64,000 bases of DNA from Planctomycetota bacterium (GCA_965223845.1 CBDCXR010000004.1:640001-704000), one strand, 5' to 3'; shown: positions 19,301 through 28,576, counted from the first letter of the stretch. A program made the numbers and translations. The notes: a model not told the origin generated them from the letters alone.

Positions 19301-20385
19301 GCGACCGCGGGACCGGCGCCGCCACCCTGGGCGAGCGGTCCGAGGTGGACCCAAGCCTTGAGGAAACCGAACTCGTTGACGTTCGATTCGGGCGTGAAGT
19401 CGATCGTGTCATCCGCGACCGTACCGCCGTGCGAGATGTTCGAGATCTCGGCGCCGTGCGGCGTGATGCGCTCGACGACCGTCGCGGTCGCTTCACCGCC
19501 ACCGGTCTCGGACGAGCGAATCGTGACCGTGTTGTCCGCGGTCGGCGCGAACTGGCCGCCATCGGAGAGGACGCGACGCACGGTCGCCGCCGGCGAAAGA
19601 TCGCCGACCGGGTCCGGACCGAGGAACACGATTCCGTCGTCTTCCGAGTCCGTCTGCGCGACACCGTTCCGGTCGAAGATGCGGCAACGACCGTTGAAAC
19701 CGCCGCCACCTTCCCAGACGAGGAGAACGATGCGGTGATTTCCCTCAGCGAGGTAGACCGGAGCGCGGTCCTGGCAGTTGCCACCACCGCGGCAGATGCT
19801 GTTCACGTGGACGATCTGGTCATCGACGATGACCATGATCGAGTCGTCGCTACCGACGCAGAAGTCGTACGTGCCGGCCTGGACGACGTTGATGTACGTG
19901 TGGGAGATCGCGTAGACGTCGTTGTTCGGGATCGCGCCGTCCTCGAGACCGAAGTCCGGGTGATCCTGAACGCGCTCAAGGAACCCGTTGTAGTCCATCA
20001 CGTTGCCGCCGAGCGTGTTGTTCCAGCGGTCGGGGTTTCCGTCTTCCGGCGGGAACGCGGCATTCATCGCATCGACGCTCAGCCAGAACGCACGTCCTTC
20101 GGTAAGAGGAGAAAGAATGTACTGCGGTCCCGGGCCGAGCGTGTCGTCAGCCGGACCTGGAAGCGCGGTGCTGATATCGCGGAGATCGACGCCTGCACCG
20201 GCCCAGTTCTCCGACATCATGCGCGGAATACCGCCGCCGTCGCAGCCCGTTCCGAAACGAAGGACGGTGTGCGTCCACCCCTGTCCCTGAATGAACCCGT
20301 CTGGGTTGTACTGGGCGTGCGCGCTCTGAGCGACCAGGGTCGCGAACGCGAAAGCGCCGAGCACTGTCAGCCACTTTCTATGCAT
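16375..20385 (-). CDS. Large secreted non-catalytic protein: two PA14-like modules, ConA-like domain, legume-lectin-like domain, Ig/PKD-like domain, divergent C-terminal dockerin-like domain
   Basis: Start reassigned to ATG 20385 (GGAGG RBS, signal peptide AHAQ); GSDDS/ASDDS...EGGGG twice; GSDIW..DSFHFAYK; ADGFQF..GIEMDNW..HLGVNVNG..GFNGATGG; PGDLNLSAQLDVSD...ADWNGDGDVNIAD. Confidence 0.8.
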   Translation of the reverse strand: MHRKWLTVLGAFAFATLVAQSAHAQYNPDGFIQGQGWTHTVLRFGTGCDGGGIPRMMSENWAGAGVDLRDISTALPGPADDTLGPGPQYILSPLTEGRAFWLSVDAMNAAFPPEDGNPDRWNNTLGGNVMDYNGFLERVQDHPDFGLEDGAIPNNDVYAISHTYINVVQAGTYDFCVGSDDSIMVIVDDQIVHVNSICRGGGNCQDRAPVYLAEGNHRIVLLVWEGGGGFNGRCRIFDRNGVAQTDSEDDGIVFLGPDPVGDLSPAATVRRVLSDGGQFAPTADNTVTIRSSETGGGEATATVVERITPHGAEISNISHGGTVADDTIDFTPESNVNEFGFLKAWVHLGPLAQGGGAGPAVADIEMDYLAGDNNELDVEPQDGDVENIDFGVAASTGFVGSCLGPDGRWTAVFDANDTIDYNADVYCGDINNVMMYSVTYVKFENDLTGVRGGVASDDSVQVIIDGVSVFSRSVPRGFGGANSVQDQFDIGDLSAGYHKVMIKVFEGGGGHGFRFRFQNSDDTPITEGITCFPVPNFADDSVFTIFTGNTITWENVSREDLNGGVSYQLGGGPDVWSVFGYADGVGGTRNMGFASSNTRRGAGNKETVLKGSGPVGIFDQAHDTGNANNPDLAFDGTDYTQVGNGSDIWQDGDSFHFAYKKVTGDFTARAHIKSRVDPVAGSRWGKHGIMARYSTDTDARYTQCQTNVASSNEPIDLPRLQRRVNGFHRRDQGRGSQDNVYVVDDGALRNTPDGGFGNPADRITRRPEHMMMIRRGQVISVYMAFDDGEGNPDGGYCFVGSDDHAGLMPDEVLVGMSLTAHSGNQTTVVYSMDIQSDDVETLGTGAGDTELALLTYDDDSDLGIVVDNDTNNFSPAAVDGRLRVTEDGTGGQAHAVYYGVPASGDAGAALIAEGFSVEFDAYMSKGDGGCDPAADPNPADGFQFTVIATGAEDGLASALAPFPGGLDLPTLLGGGGGGLAYDSGAVVQRAECFPSFGIEMDNWVGGNDPGDAGSPGFDCNWHLGVNVNGSVLSIQDNVRFGVPTDALPSIFAPEGVHVEVTYLPSGQVDAYVTANDGSTDRMHVLSTHIAPLPAGDLVLGFNGATGGATAHQEVDNVRLASVCTEAVDSVAIEGCPSEAADSSLVELTAAVGGADGAVTYEWSVEGGSIVGDATGATIMVQCEIPEGAETGEVTVSVSTADGGCGDTATASCSFTCVSGGTNLIPGDLNLSAQLDVSDMVFLLNALFAQQEINECVATKDDQGIITYTEAGLALADWNGDGDVNIADAAGGLNWLFASQLPGNVAHVLADVANAFNCVQIPGDCPSYDELGVGACP

Positions 20386-20974
20386 CTCTCGAAAACCTCC
20401 CGAGGTGATTGAGAAACGAAAACTTTTCAAAACCCATCGCAATCAGCTCGGACCGTTCGCCTTCGGCTTCCACGTTGCGGAAGAACCTGCGAAACGACCG
20501 AGCCCCTTCCTGCCCGAGAACTTCTCTTCCTTTTTCCCTCGTTGCCTTGTCTTTCGTCGTCTCTCCTTTCCTACCTATCCCTCCGCCGCGCAGGTGCCGC
20601 TCGGCTGTGACCACTCGGACAGTGACTCGACTGCTACGAGTGGCCGCGGACGATCGGACGAGCCGACAGAAACGGCAGCGAGGGAAACCCTACTCCACTG
20701 GACGCGCGCGGAACCTTCGGTCCGAACGTGCCTCCGTTGACTTCGACCCAGTTAATCTCTCTGCGCCGGACCTCTCCGCGCGCAGCTTCCATTTCGATCA
20801 CACCCTTGACCGGGTTCCACTATGAAGGCGGATGGGAGGCGCGGCAAGTAGAACTCGAGCGCCGTGCCCTGCGCGAACTCACGTTCGGCGCGCCTGAAGA
20901 ACTCGTCAGGGGGAACTTTCTTGGTTCAGACCCGGTGGATTCAGACTCGACCCAAGAGTGCTGAATAGCGCTTG

Positions 20975-21003
20975 AGTATAGCGACTGCCGCATCCCAAGT
21001 GAA
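20975..21003 (-). promoter_or_regulatory. Candidate sigma-70-type promoter for the large surface protein gene
   Basis: Minus strand TTCACT-N17-TATACT; a second candidate TTGCCG-N17-CATAGT lies near 20819-20847. Confidence 0.35.
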
Positions 21004-21114
21004 CAGTTCGAGCCGCTTTTCTCCGGGTCGGGAGGGCGTGAACGGGGTTTGTTGGGGCCGTGTGAGGGGACGCTCCGGGGGGTGGGCTCGCGTGCGTCAC
21101 GCGTCCCCGACAAA

Positions 21115-23154
21115 TCACCGCTCGATCATCCGCCGGTAGAGATCCTTCACGTCCGCGACGTCCGCCGGAGAGGCGTCCTCCGGGCAGGCCTCCTCCCTCG
21201 AGAAGAGGTCGTCGGCGTCATTCGCGAGCTCCGTGAGAAAACGAGACGGCTCTCGCTCCTTCGACTCGCCGTAAAGATTGCGTGAGCTCGCGCAGGTCAT
21301 GACGAGCTCTTCGCGGGCCCGCGTGATCCCGACGTAAAAGATGCGGCGCTCCTCCTCGATCGCGTGGTCGCCGTCCGCTACGCTCCGCCGGTGGGGGAGG
21401 ATGTCCTCTTCGACCCCGACGAGGTAGACGACCGGGAACTCTAGCCCCTTCGCGCTGTGGAGCGTCATGAGCGTGACGCGCCCGCCGCGCGTCGCGTCCT
21501 CGTCTTTACCGCGCGAGAGCTGCTCGTCGAGAGAAAGCGCGGAGAGAAACTCCGTGAATTCCGCGGTGGGGTCGCGTCGCGCCCACTCACCGACCGAGTT
21601 GACGAACTCGCGGACGGAGCGCCACCGCGCGTCGCGGACGAGCGGGTCGGGATAGAGATCGGTGACGGCCTGCGCGTAGTCGGCTTCGGCGATGAGGGAG
21701 CTCGCCATGTCCGAAAACTCCCGCCGCTCGAGCCGATCTCTCGCGCGCGAGAAGAGCTCGGCGACCTCGGTACAGCTCGCGCGAACCCGCGGCGCGAAGT
21801 CGCCTTCTCCGGCACCGATTCGGGGCAGGGCTTCGCTGATTGAGATCCGCTCCGTGCGAGCGAACGCGTCGAGCTTTTCGATCGTCCCCGTTCCGAACCC
21901 GCGCTTCGGGACATTGATCACTCGGAGGAGCGAAAGGTCGTCGCTCGGATTGGCCGTCGCCTTCCAGTACGCGAGGACGTCCCGGATCTCCTTTCGGTCG
22001 AACCAGGACTGCCCGCCGATGAGGACGTAGGGGATCTGGCGGAGGCGCAGCTTCTGCTCGAACGGTCGGGCCTGCTGGGCCGAACGAACGAGGATCGCCA
22101 CCGGCCGCTCGCGCGTAGCGGGATCACTTCGGAGAAGGTCGATCTCACGGACGACGGTGTCGACCTCCGCCGCCTCGTCCTCGGCGAAGACGAGGCGAAC
22201 CCTCTCCCCGCGCCCGAGCGTGCTCCGGAGCTCTTTATCGTGTCGGTTCGCCCCGGCCGCGATCACCGCGTTCGCGAGTCGGAGGATCCGCTCCGTCGAC
22301 CGGTAGTTTTCCTCGAGCTTGACGACGGTCGCGCCCGGAAAGTCCCGCTCGAACCGTAGGATCTTTTCGCGGTCGGCGCCCCGGAAGCCGTAGATCGACT
22401 GATCGTCGTCGCCTACGACGCAAAGATTTCGCGCCGGGTTGACGAGGCGCTGGAGGAGCTCGTACTGGGCGCCGTTCGTATCCTGATACTCGTCGACCAG
22501 GATGTAGCGGAAGCGATGCCGATACTCGTCGCGAACTTCGGGCTCCCGCTCGAGCAGGGCCGCGGGGAGCAGGATCAGGTCGTCGAAGTCGACCGAATTG
22601 AGGACGCGGAGGTGTTCCTGGTAGCGTGCGTAGACCGTCGCGACGAGCGCTTCGAAGTCGTCGTCTGCCTCGTCGGCCGCCGCATCGGGAAACACGAGTC
22701 GATTCTTCAGGCGTGAGATCGCGGCGAGGATCGCGGCGGGCTGTTTCGCCGGCACGTCGCCGCGGATGTCGCGGGCGATCGTGCGGACGAGGGAGACCTG
22801 GTCGCTCGTGTCGTGGATGCTGAAGTTCCGCCGGTAGCCGAGGCGCTGAGCGTGAGTGCGCAGGATCCGCATCCCGAGGGAGTGGAAGGTCGAGAGGACG
22901 ATGCCCTTCGCGCCGCCGCCGAGTAGGTGACCGATGCGCTCGCGCATCTCGGCCGCCGCCTTGTTGGTGAACGTGAGACCGAGCACGCTCTCCGGGCGCA
23001 CTCCCCGAGCGAGGAGGTACGCGATCCGATACGTGATGACTCGCGTCTTACCCGTGCCCGCGCCTGCGAGGACGAGAACGGGACCTTCGGTCGTCGAGAC
23101 CGCCTCCCGCTGCGCGACGTTGAGTCCGCGCAAGAGCTCGCCGGTTCCCCGCAT
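21115..23154 (-). CDS. UvrD/Rep/PcrA family SF1 DNA helicase
   Basis: LNVAQ, AGAGTGKT, TFTNKAA, VDEYQD, VGDDDQSIYGFRGA, LEENYRS, TLHSAKGLEF, EEERRIFYVGITRA. Confidence 0.95.
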   Translation of the reverse strand: MRGTGELLRGLNVAQREAVSTTEGPVLVLAGAGTGKTRVITYRIAYLLARGVRPESVLGLTFTNKAAAEMRERIGHLLGGGAKGIVLSTFHSLGMRILRTHAQRLGYRRNFSIHDTSDQVSLVRTIARDIRGDVPAKQPAAILAAISRLKNRLVFPDAAADEADDDFEALVATVYARYQEHLRVLNSVDFDDLILLPAALLEREPEVRDEYRHRFRYILVDEYQDTNGAQYELLQRLVNPARNLCVVGDDDQSIYGFRGADREKILRFERDFPGATVVKLEENYRSTERILRLANAVIAAGANRHDKELRSTLGRGERVRLVFAEDEAAEVDTVVREIDLLRSDPATRERPVAILVRSAQQARPFEQKLRLRQIPYVLIGGQSWFDRKEIRDVLAYWKATANPSDDLSLLRVINVPKRGFGTGTIEKLDAFARTERISISEALPRIGAGEGDFAPRVRASCTEVAELFSRARDRLERREFSDMASSLIAEADYAQAVTDLYPDPLVRDARWRSVREFVNSVGEWARRDPTAEFTEFLSALSLDEQLSRGKDEDATRGGRVTLMTLHSAKGLEFPVVYLVGVEEDILPHRRSVADGDHAIEEERRIFYVGITRAREELVMTCASSRNLYGESKEREPSRFLTELANDADDLFSREEACPEDASPADVADVKDLYRRMIER

Positions 23155-23290
23155 CTCGTCCCTCCCCTCCCTTTCCTCTTCCACTTCCCAAACCACCGCC
23201 GCGATCGCCCGCCGTGCTCCGAATCGATCCCGACTCCGCTAGCCCGCGCGAGCCACTGAACGCGCGAGCTTCACGCGAGATTCGATCGAC

Positions 23291-24439
23291 CTACCGCTCC
23301 TCGAGGGGAACCCAGTGGGCCTCCTGCGGCCCGTCGTAGAGCGCGCGCGGGCGGATGAGCGAATTGTCGGCGTACTGTTCGAAGAGGTGCGCGACCCAAC
23401 CTGCGACGCGGCTGCACGCGAAGATCGGCGTGTAGAGGTCGGGCGGGAGGCCGAGGCAGAAGTACGTCGAGGCGCTGTAGAAGTCTACGTTCGGTAGGAG
23501 CCCCTTTTGACCTGTGACGAGCTCTTCGAGCTTGGCGGAGATCTCGTACCAGTGCGGCTGCTTCGTGAGCTCCCCGAGCTTCTTCGACATGCGCTTCAGG
23601 TGCTTCGCCCGGGGATCGCCGTCTTTGTAGACGCGGTGGCCGAAGCCCATGATCTTCTTCTTTTGAGCGAGCTTCTCCTCGAGCCACGACTCGACGCGGT
23701 CGACCGAGCCGATCTCTTTGAGCGACTCCATCACCGCGCGATTCGCGCCGCCGTGAAGCGGTCCTTTGAGCGTCCCGATCGCCGCAGAGACCGCCGAGTG
23801 GAGATCGGAAAGCGTGCTCGCAGTGACTCGCCCGGAAAACGTCGAGGCGTTGAGCTCGTGGTCGGCGTGAAGGATCAGCGCCTTGTCGATCGCCTCCGCC
23901 TCGATCGCGTCCGGCTCGCGGCCGTTTAGCTGGTAGAAGAAATTGCCCCCGAAGTCGAGCGAGTCGCTCGGAGCGACCGGCTCGTGTCCCGAACGCAGCC
24001 GGTGATAGCCGCAGGTCCACGAAGTCAGCTGCGCCGTCGCGCGAATCGCCTTGCGACGATTCGCTTCCGGCGTATTCGCCGCGGCGTCCGGGTCGAACAT
24101 GCCGAGGACGGCCATCCCCGCCTGAAGGACCCGCATGGGGTCCGTATCCTTCGGCATCGCGCGGAGCACGTCGACCGCGCCGTCCGGGAGCCGAAACGCC
24201 TGCCGAAGATCGGCGCGAAGCTCGTCGAGCTCGTTCGCGCGCGGCAGCCTCGCTTCCCAGAGGAGATGGATGATCTCTTCGAACGTCCCGTTGTCGGTCA
24301 GCTCGTCGATGTTGATGCCGCGGTACGTGAGCGTCGCGCCGATGATCGACGAGATCGACGAGCGGTGGGAGATCACTCCCACGAGCCCGGACTTGATCTC
24401 CGGTTCGGCCGCACCCGATTGCGATTGGGCTCCCGTCAT
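23291..24439 (-). CDS. gltA: Citrate synthase (short type; 2-methylcitrate synthase not excluded)
   Basis: LHADHELNAST, GPLHGGAN, MGFGHRVYK..DPRA, PNVDFYS; start reassigned to ATG 24439. Confidence 0.9.
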   Translation of the reverse strand: MTGAQSQSGAAEPEIKSGLVGVISHRSSISSIIGATLTYRGINIDELTDNGTFEEIIHLLWEARLPRANELDELRADLRQAFRLPDGAVDVLRAMPKDTDPMRVLQAGMAVLGMFDPDAAANTPEANRRKAIRATAQLTSWTCGYHRLRSGHEPVAPSDSLDFGGNFFYQLNGREPDAIEAEAIDKALILHADHELNASTFSGRVTASTLSDLHSAVSAAIGTLKGPLHGGANRAVMESLKEIGSVDRVESWLEEKLAQKKKIMGFGHRVYKDGDPRAKHLKRMSKKLGELTKQPHWYEISAKLEELVTGQKGLLPNVDFYSASTYFCLGLPPDLYTPIFACSRVAGWVAHLFEQYADNSLIRPRALYDGPQEAHWVPLEER

Positions 24440-25039
24440 GTCCGTTCCCTGAGTCCTTCTCTCGTCCGCCGCGAGTTTCACTACGCGGCTTTGCGATGCC
24501 CCTGCCGTGTCCAGCGGTCCGTTCGTGGTTCTCTGACTCGGATTGCTGCCTTGGTTCGCTCGTCGCTCTCGCCCGCCGATGGGCGACCGCCCTCGCCGGC
24601 GGGTGAAACTGGTCGATCCGATCTCGCGATCACCCGGGGCGAGCTCCGCCGCTCGCCGCTTCGGCCTGCTCCCGCGAAACCCCGAACTTTCCGCGACTCC
24701 GCGCCAGCAGATCTCGCCACCGACGTCGGGTAGCCCGGGCCGACGCTTCGCGGGCATGGACGCCGGTCAGCGAACCCAAGGGGTAGCGCGGCCGCGCGCT
24801 CGGGCCGCGTCGTCCGAAAGTTGAAAAGCGAGGGGTTTCTCGCGCCGGCCGGGCCCCTAAGTCCTTGCACTGCTTGACGTTGCGGGCTTGGTCCGCGAGG
24901 CCGGGCGGCAGTCGAGCGCGACGATCTTAGCCCTATCGAGCGGGTGAATTCAACCTTCTTCGGCCGGCCGGGAGCGGGGGATGAGCGGACTGTTCCTCGA
25001 GAGTTCAGCCCGTCGGACCGCCGCACTTCCGCTTGGGGG

Positions 25040-26269
25040 TCACGTCGCGGCGGGTTCGCCGGGCTTACCGGCCTGGAGCACGCGCTTCATGTTTCGCGCG
25101 GCTTGGAGAAGGCGTTGCTCGTTCTCGATCAGGGCCATTCGGACGGCGCCCTCGCCGTCCGGGCCGAATCCGATTCCGGGAGACAGTGCGACTGCGGCGT
25201 CCGCCATCATCTGCTGGGCGAACTCCATCGAGCCGAGCTGTCGGTGCGAGGAGGGGATTTCCGCCCAGACGAACATCCCCGCGCGGGGCTTCGGAACCGT
25301 GCCCCAGCCGCCGCGCTCGAGCGCCGCGACGAGGGAATCTCGGCGTCGCGCGTACTTCTTCGCCTGTTCGCTCGCGAAGTCCGCGCAGTGGCGAAGTCCG
25401 ATGATCGACGCGATCTGGATCGCCTGGAAGATTCCGTAGTCGTAGTAGCCTTTGATCGCGGCGAGCCCCGAGATCACTTTCTCGTTCCCGGCGCAGAAGC
25501 CGATCCGCCAGCCGGCCATGTTGAACGCCTTCGACATGGTGATGAACTCGACACCGACGTCTTTCGCGCCGGGAGTCTCGAGAAAGCTCGGGGCGCGGTA
25601 GCCGTCGAAGCAGAGCTGACCGTAGGCGAAGTCGTGGACGACGATGAGCTCGTGTTTCTTGGCGAGCCGGACGACGTCCGCGAAGAACTCCGGCTCGACG
25701 GTGTGGCCCGTCGGGTTGTGCGGGTAGTTGATGAAGAGGACCTTCGGTGCCGGACGCATCGAGCTGCAGATAAAGCTCACGCGCCGCAGAAACTCTTCGT
25801 CGTCGCGAACCGGCACGGAGATGTAGTTCGCACCGGCGAGGACGACTGCGTTCGCGTGGATCGGGAACGCGGGGCTGGGGACGAGCGCGCTGTCCCCCGG
25901 ACCGAGAAGCGCGAGGCAAAGATGGCTGAAACCCTCTTTCGAGCCGATCGTCGCGATGACCTCGGTCTCCGGCGCCAAGCCGACGTTCCACATTCGATCG
26001 TAGTACTTCGCGACCTCCTTGCGGAGATTGTCGATCCCGCCCGCGGTCGAGTAGCGGTGGTTCCGCGGATCTCTCACCACCTCGCAGAGTTTCTCGACGA
26101 TGACTTCCGGCGTCGCGTCGGTGGGATTCCCCATCGCGAGGTCGATCACATCGACCTGCTCGCGTCGCAGCTTCAGCTTGAGCGCATTGATCCGACCGAA
26201 CATGTACGGCGGGAGCCGGTCCAGTCGATCGCTCAGGTGAATCGGATGGTCTCGGTCGTTCTCGTTCAT
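25040..26269 (-). CDS. PLP-dependent class I/II aminotransferase (AlaC / LL-DAP aminotransferase-like)
   Basis: LPPYMF, GSKEG, NYPHNPTG, HDFAY, SKAFNMAGWRIG (PLP lysine). Confidence 0.92.
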   Translation of the reverse strand: MNENDRDHPIHLSDRLDRLPPYMFGRINALKLKLRREQVDVIDLAMGNPTDATPEVIVEKLCEVVRDPRNHRYSTAGGIDNLRKEVAKYYDRMWNVGLAPETEVIATIGSKEGFSHLCLALLGPGDSALVPSPAFPIHANAVVLAGANYISVPVRDDEEFLRRVSFICSSMRPAPKVLFINYPHNPTGHTVEPEFFADVVRLAKKHELIVVHDFAYGQLCFDGYRAPSFLETPGAKDVGVEFITMSKAFNMAGWRIGFCAGNEKVISGLAAIKGYYDYGIFQAIQIASIIGLRHCADFASEQAKKYARRRDSLVAALERGGWGTVPKPRAGMFVWAEIPSSHRQLGSMEFAQQMMADAAVALSPGIGFGPDGEGAVRMALIENEQRLLQAARNMKRVLQAGKPGEPAAT

Positions 26270-26390
26270 GGCTGGGGCGCACGGGAATTGCCCGCGCGAG
26301 GCTCGCGGTTCCGGCTCGGCCCGCCGACGGTCGCGAAGAGGCCGAAGCTGATCCATCTTTCGGGTACGTCCGCGCGGGCGGCAGGCAGAG

Positions 26391-28169
26391 CTACGCGTCG
26401 ACCGAGACGGATTCGGGGCTCCCGGCAGGCGGCGCAGCTACGAGGGCCGCTTCGGAAGGAGTGGCCTCGACCCGAGACGCGGAGCGTCGGCGCGGCTCGA
26501 ACGCCCCGCGACCGGGGAGCGCGAGCCACGTGGAGAGGACACCCGTCAATATCCCAAGAACCGGATAGAGTTTCCAGTCGGCGAACGTCAGCGTCCCCAT
26601 GATCACTACGGGGAGCAGCGTCGAGTGGTAGAGCCGCATGGTCGTCGTCCCGCGGCGCTCCGCCTCGACGAGGCGGCGCGAAACCTGGATCGTGTGCGCG
26701 ACCTGGTCGAGCGATGAGTCGTCGATCTTCACGACCCTTCCGCTCGGGTTCGCGATCTTGAGCGTGTCGTCTCGCCGACTGATCTCGAACGTCACGTCGA
26801 CGAGCGCGCTCGCCTCGGGAAAGATCGGCGAGCCGGAGCGGGCGACGAGCGCCACCCGATTGCCGGCGCGGCGCAGGTTTTCGAGGAACTCGATCCTCTC
26901 CTCGGGACGGAGGCCGGCGCGAACCTCGACGTGCTTCTGATTCGACAACATGGTTTCGACGGTGTCCGGGGTATCACCGCTGATCACCTTGATGCCGATT
27001 CCGAGGCTGCGCAGAGACGAGAAGAACGAGTCCGCTTCCGGATGCCGCGGAACGTAGAGACTCACCGCGCCGACGGTCTTTCGGCTGAGACCCACGTAGA
27101 GCACGGTCTCGCCGCGGCCGTAGAGGGTACTCGTCTCGCCGCGGATCCGCTCGAGCTCGGCCGGCTCCCAGCCCTTCTCCTCGAGCCATTCGAGATTCCC
27201 GAAGATCAGCTCCTGGCCGTTGTACTGCGCGGCGACACCGCGGCCGGGCTCGTGCCGGAAGGTCTTGATCCTCGGCACCGTGCGGAGCGCGCTCCGCACC
27301 CGACGGAGGATCGCCTGGCGAATCGGATTCGGTGTAACGGCGTACTCCGAAACGGCAGCCAAGTGAAGGACATCGTCTTCCGTTCGACTGGCGTCGAGGC
27401 TGAGCACTTCGCGGATTTCGCACTGGTTCGTCGTGATCACATCGCTCCGCTCCACGACGACCCAGTCGATCTCGGAGAGCGCACTCGGCGTGAGCACTTC
27501 GGAGGCCGGAAGGTATTCGCGCGTGAGACGGCGGAGGACCCGAGCCGCGTTTCGAAAGCTGTCCGGAACGACGGTGGCGGAGAAGGCGAGCGCGAGGGCG
27601 AGCGTTCCGGCCATGCCGTGGAGACCCCACCACGACGGCGAGATCAGCGCAAGGAAGATGACGACGATCGCCGGAAGCCCGACACCAGCGACGAACACGA
27701 CGCGGGAATTCCTTGCGGACGCGTCGACGAGCGGCTCGTCATCTCGGAGCGACGAGTACGACCGGCAGGTGACGAGAACGAAGTGACGGAGCGCGAGAAT
27801 CGAGACCGCGCTCGCGTAGTAGTAGAGCGGGGCCGCCGGCTGGTCGGCGAGTGGGGCGACGAGCCGGTGGCCCGCGGTTGCGGCCGCCGTCACGGTGAAG
27901 CCGTACACGATCCCGATGATCGCCGCGAGGCTGGTGAGGGCGTTGTGGTCGAAGCGGCCGAGGATGACGATCGATGCGAGCCCGTTGTTCAGCGTGGACC
28001 GGCAGAGCCAACAGCCGGTGAGAGCGAGCCCGAACGCACCGCACTGAACGAGCAGGTTCGGGGTCGTCGCGAGGGCGGCGGCCCAAAGAAGCGTCAGGAT
28101 CGAGCCGGCGGCAAGGCGAGATAAAGAATCCTTGCGCTGCGCCGGGGCAAGGGGTAGAGGGAAGACCAT
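26391..28169 (-). CDS. Degenerate P1B-type ATPase homolog (no actuator domain, catalytic motifs substituted)
   Basis: Collinear with P1B N/P domains (PGRGV, FGN, ISGD, LRPEER), but ERSDVIT replaces DKTGTLT and ARSGSP replaces GDGxND; ORF intact. Confidence 0.75.
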   Translation of the reverse strand: MVFPLPLAPAQRKDSLSRLAAGSILTLLWAAALATTPNLLVQCGAFGLALTGCWLCRSTLNNGLASIVILGRFDHNALTSLAAIIGIVYGFTVTAAATAGHRLVAPLADQPAAPLYYYASAVSILALRHFVLVTCRSYSSLRDDEPLVDASARNSRVVFVAGVGLPAIVVIFLALISPSWWGLHGMAGTLALALAFSATVVPDSFRNAARVLRRLTREYLPASEVLTPSALSEIDWVVVERSDVITTNQCEIREVLSLDASRTEDDVLHLAAVSEYAVTPNPIRQAILRRVRSALRTVPRIKTFRHEPGRGVAAQYNGQELIFGNLEWLEEKGWEPAELERIRGETSTLYGRGETVLYVGLSRKTVGAVSLYVPRHPEADSFFSSLRSLGIGIKVISGDTPDTVETMLSNQKHVEVRAGLRPEERIEFLENLRRAGNRVALVARSGSPIFPEASALVDVTFEISRRDDTLKIANPSGRVVKIDDSSLDQVAHTIQVSRRLVEAERRGTTTMRLYHSTLLPVVIMGTLTFADWKLYPVLGILTGVLSTWLALPGRGAFEPRRRSASRVEATPSEAALVAAPPAGSPESVSVDA

Positions 28170-28576
28170 GCCAGTTCATCGGCCTTCACGCGGCGTCGAT
28201 TGAGCTCCTTCCGCTCGGGAGCGAGATGGGTGGGTGATCGCGGTGTTCCGATCTTTGCCGAAAGGAGCTCGCGTCGCTGGGAAGCGCGCGCGGCCGGACC
28301 GCTCGGCGCCGACGACTCGGGCGCGGAGACGCGCCGGTAATCCATCCGCGGCGAGCTGATTTCGTCGAGGTGGTTCTGCCCCCGTCGTTCTGGGAGCGGG
28401 GCGGGTTCCCGCGAGAGAATCGGGGCTCCGGGTTCGATCCGCCGCGAAAGTCGCGCGCGCAGGACCCGCGCGCGACGGCCGGAGCGGGGAATCGTCCGTC
28501 GCGTCCTCGGCGCGGCACTCCGAACTCACCCGAGCTGGCAAAGGTGCGTGAGTCCGAGCGCCGAATCGGTAGAGTT

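Noticed and set aside
16324-20412. 1362-aa plus-strand ORF antisense to the large surface protein
   Set aside because: Shadow ORF produced by the sense gene's codon bias; R/V/D-rich with no motifs, RBS or signal peptide. The minus-strand gene has all the evidence.
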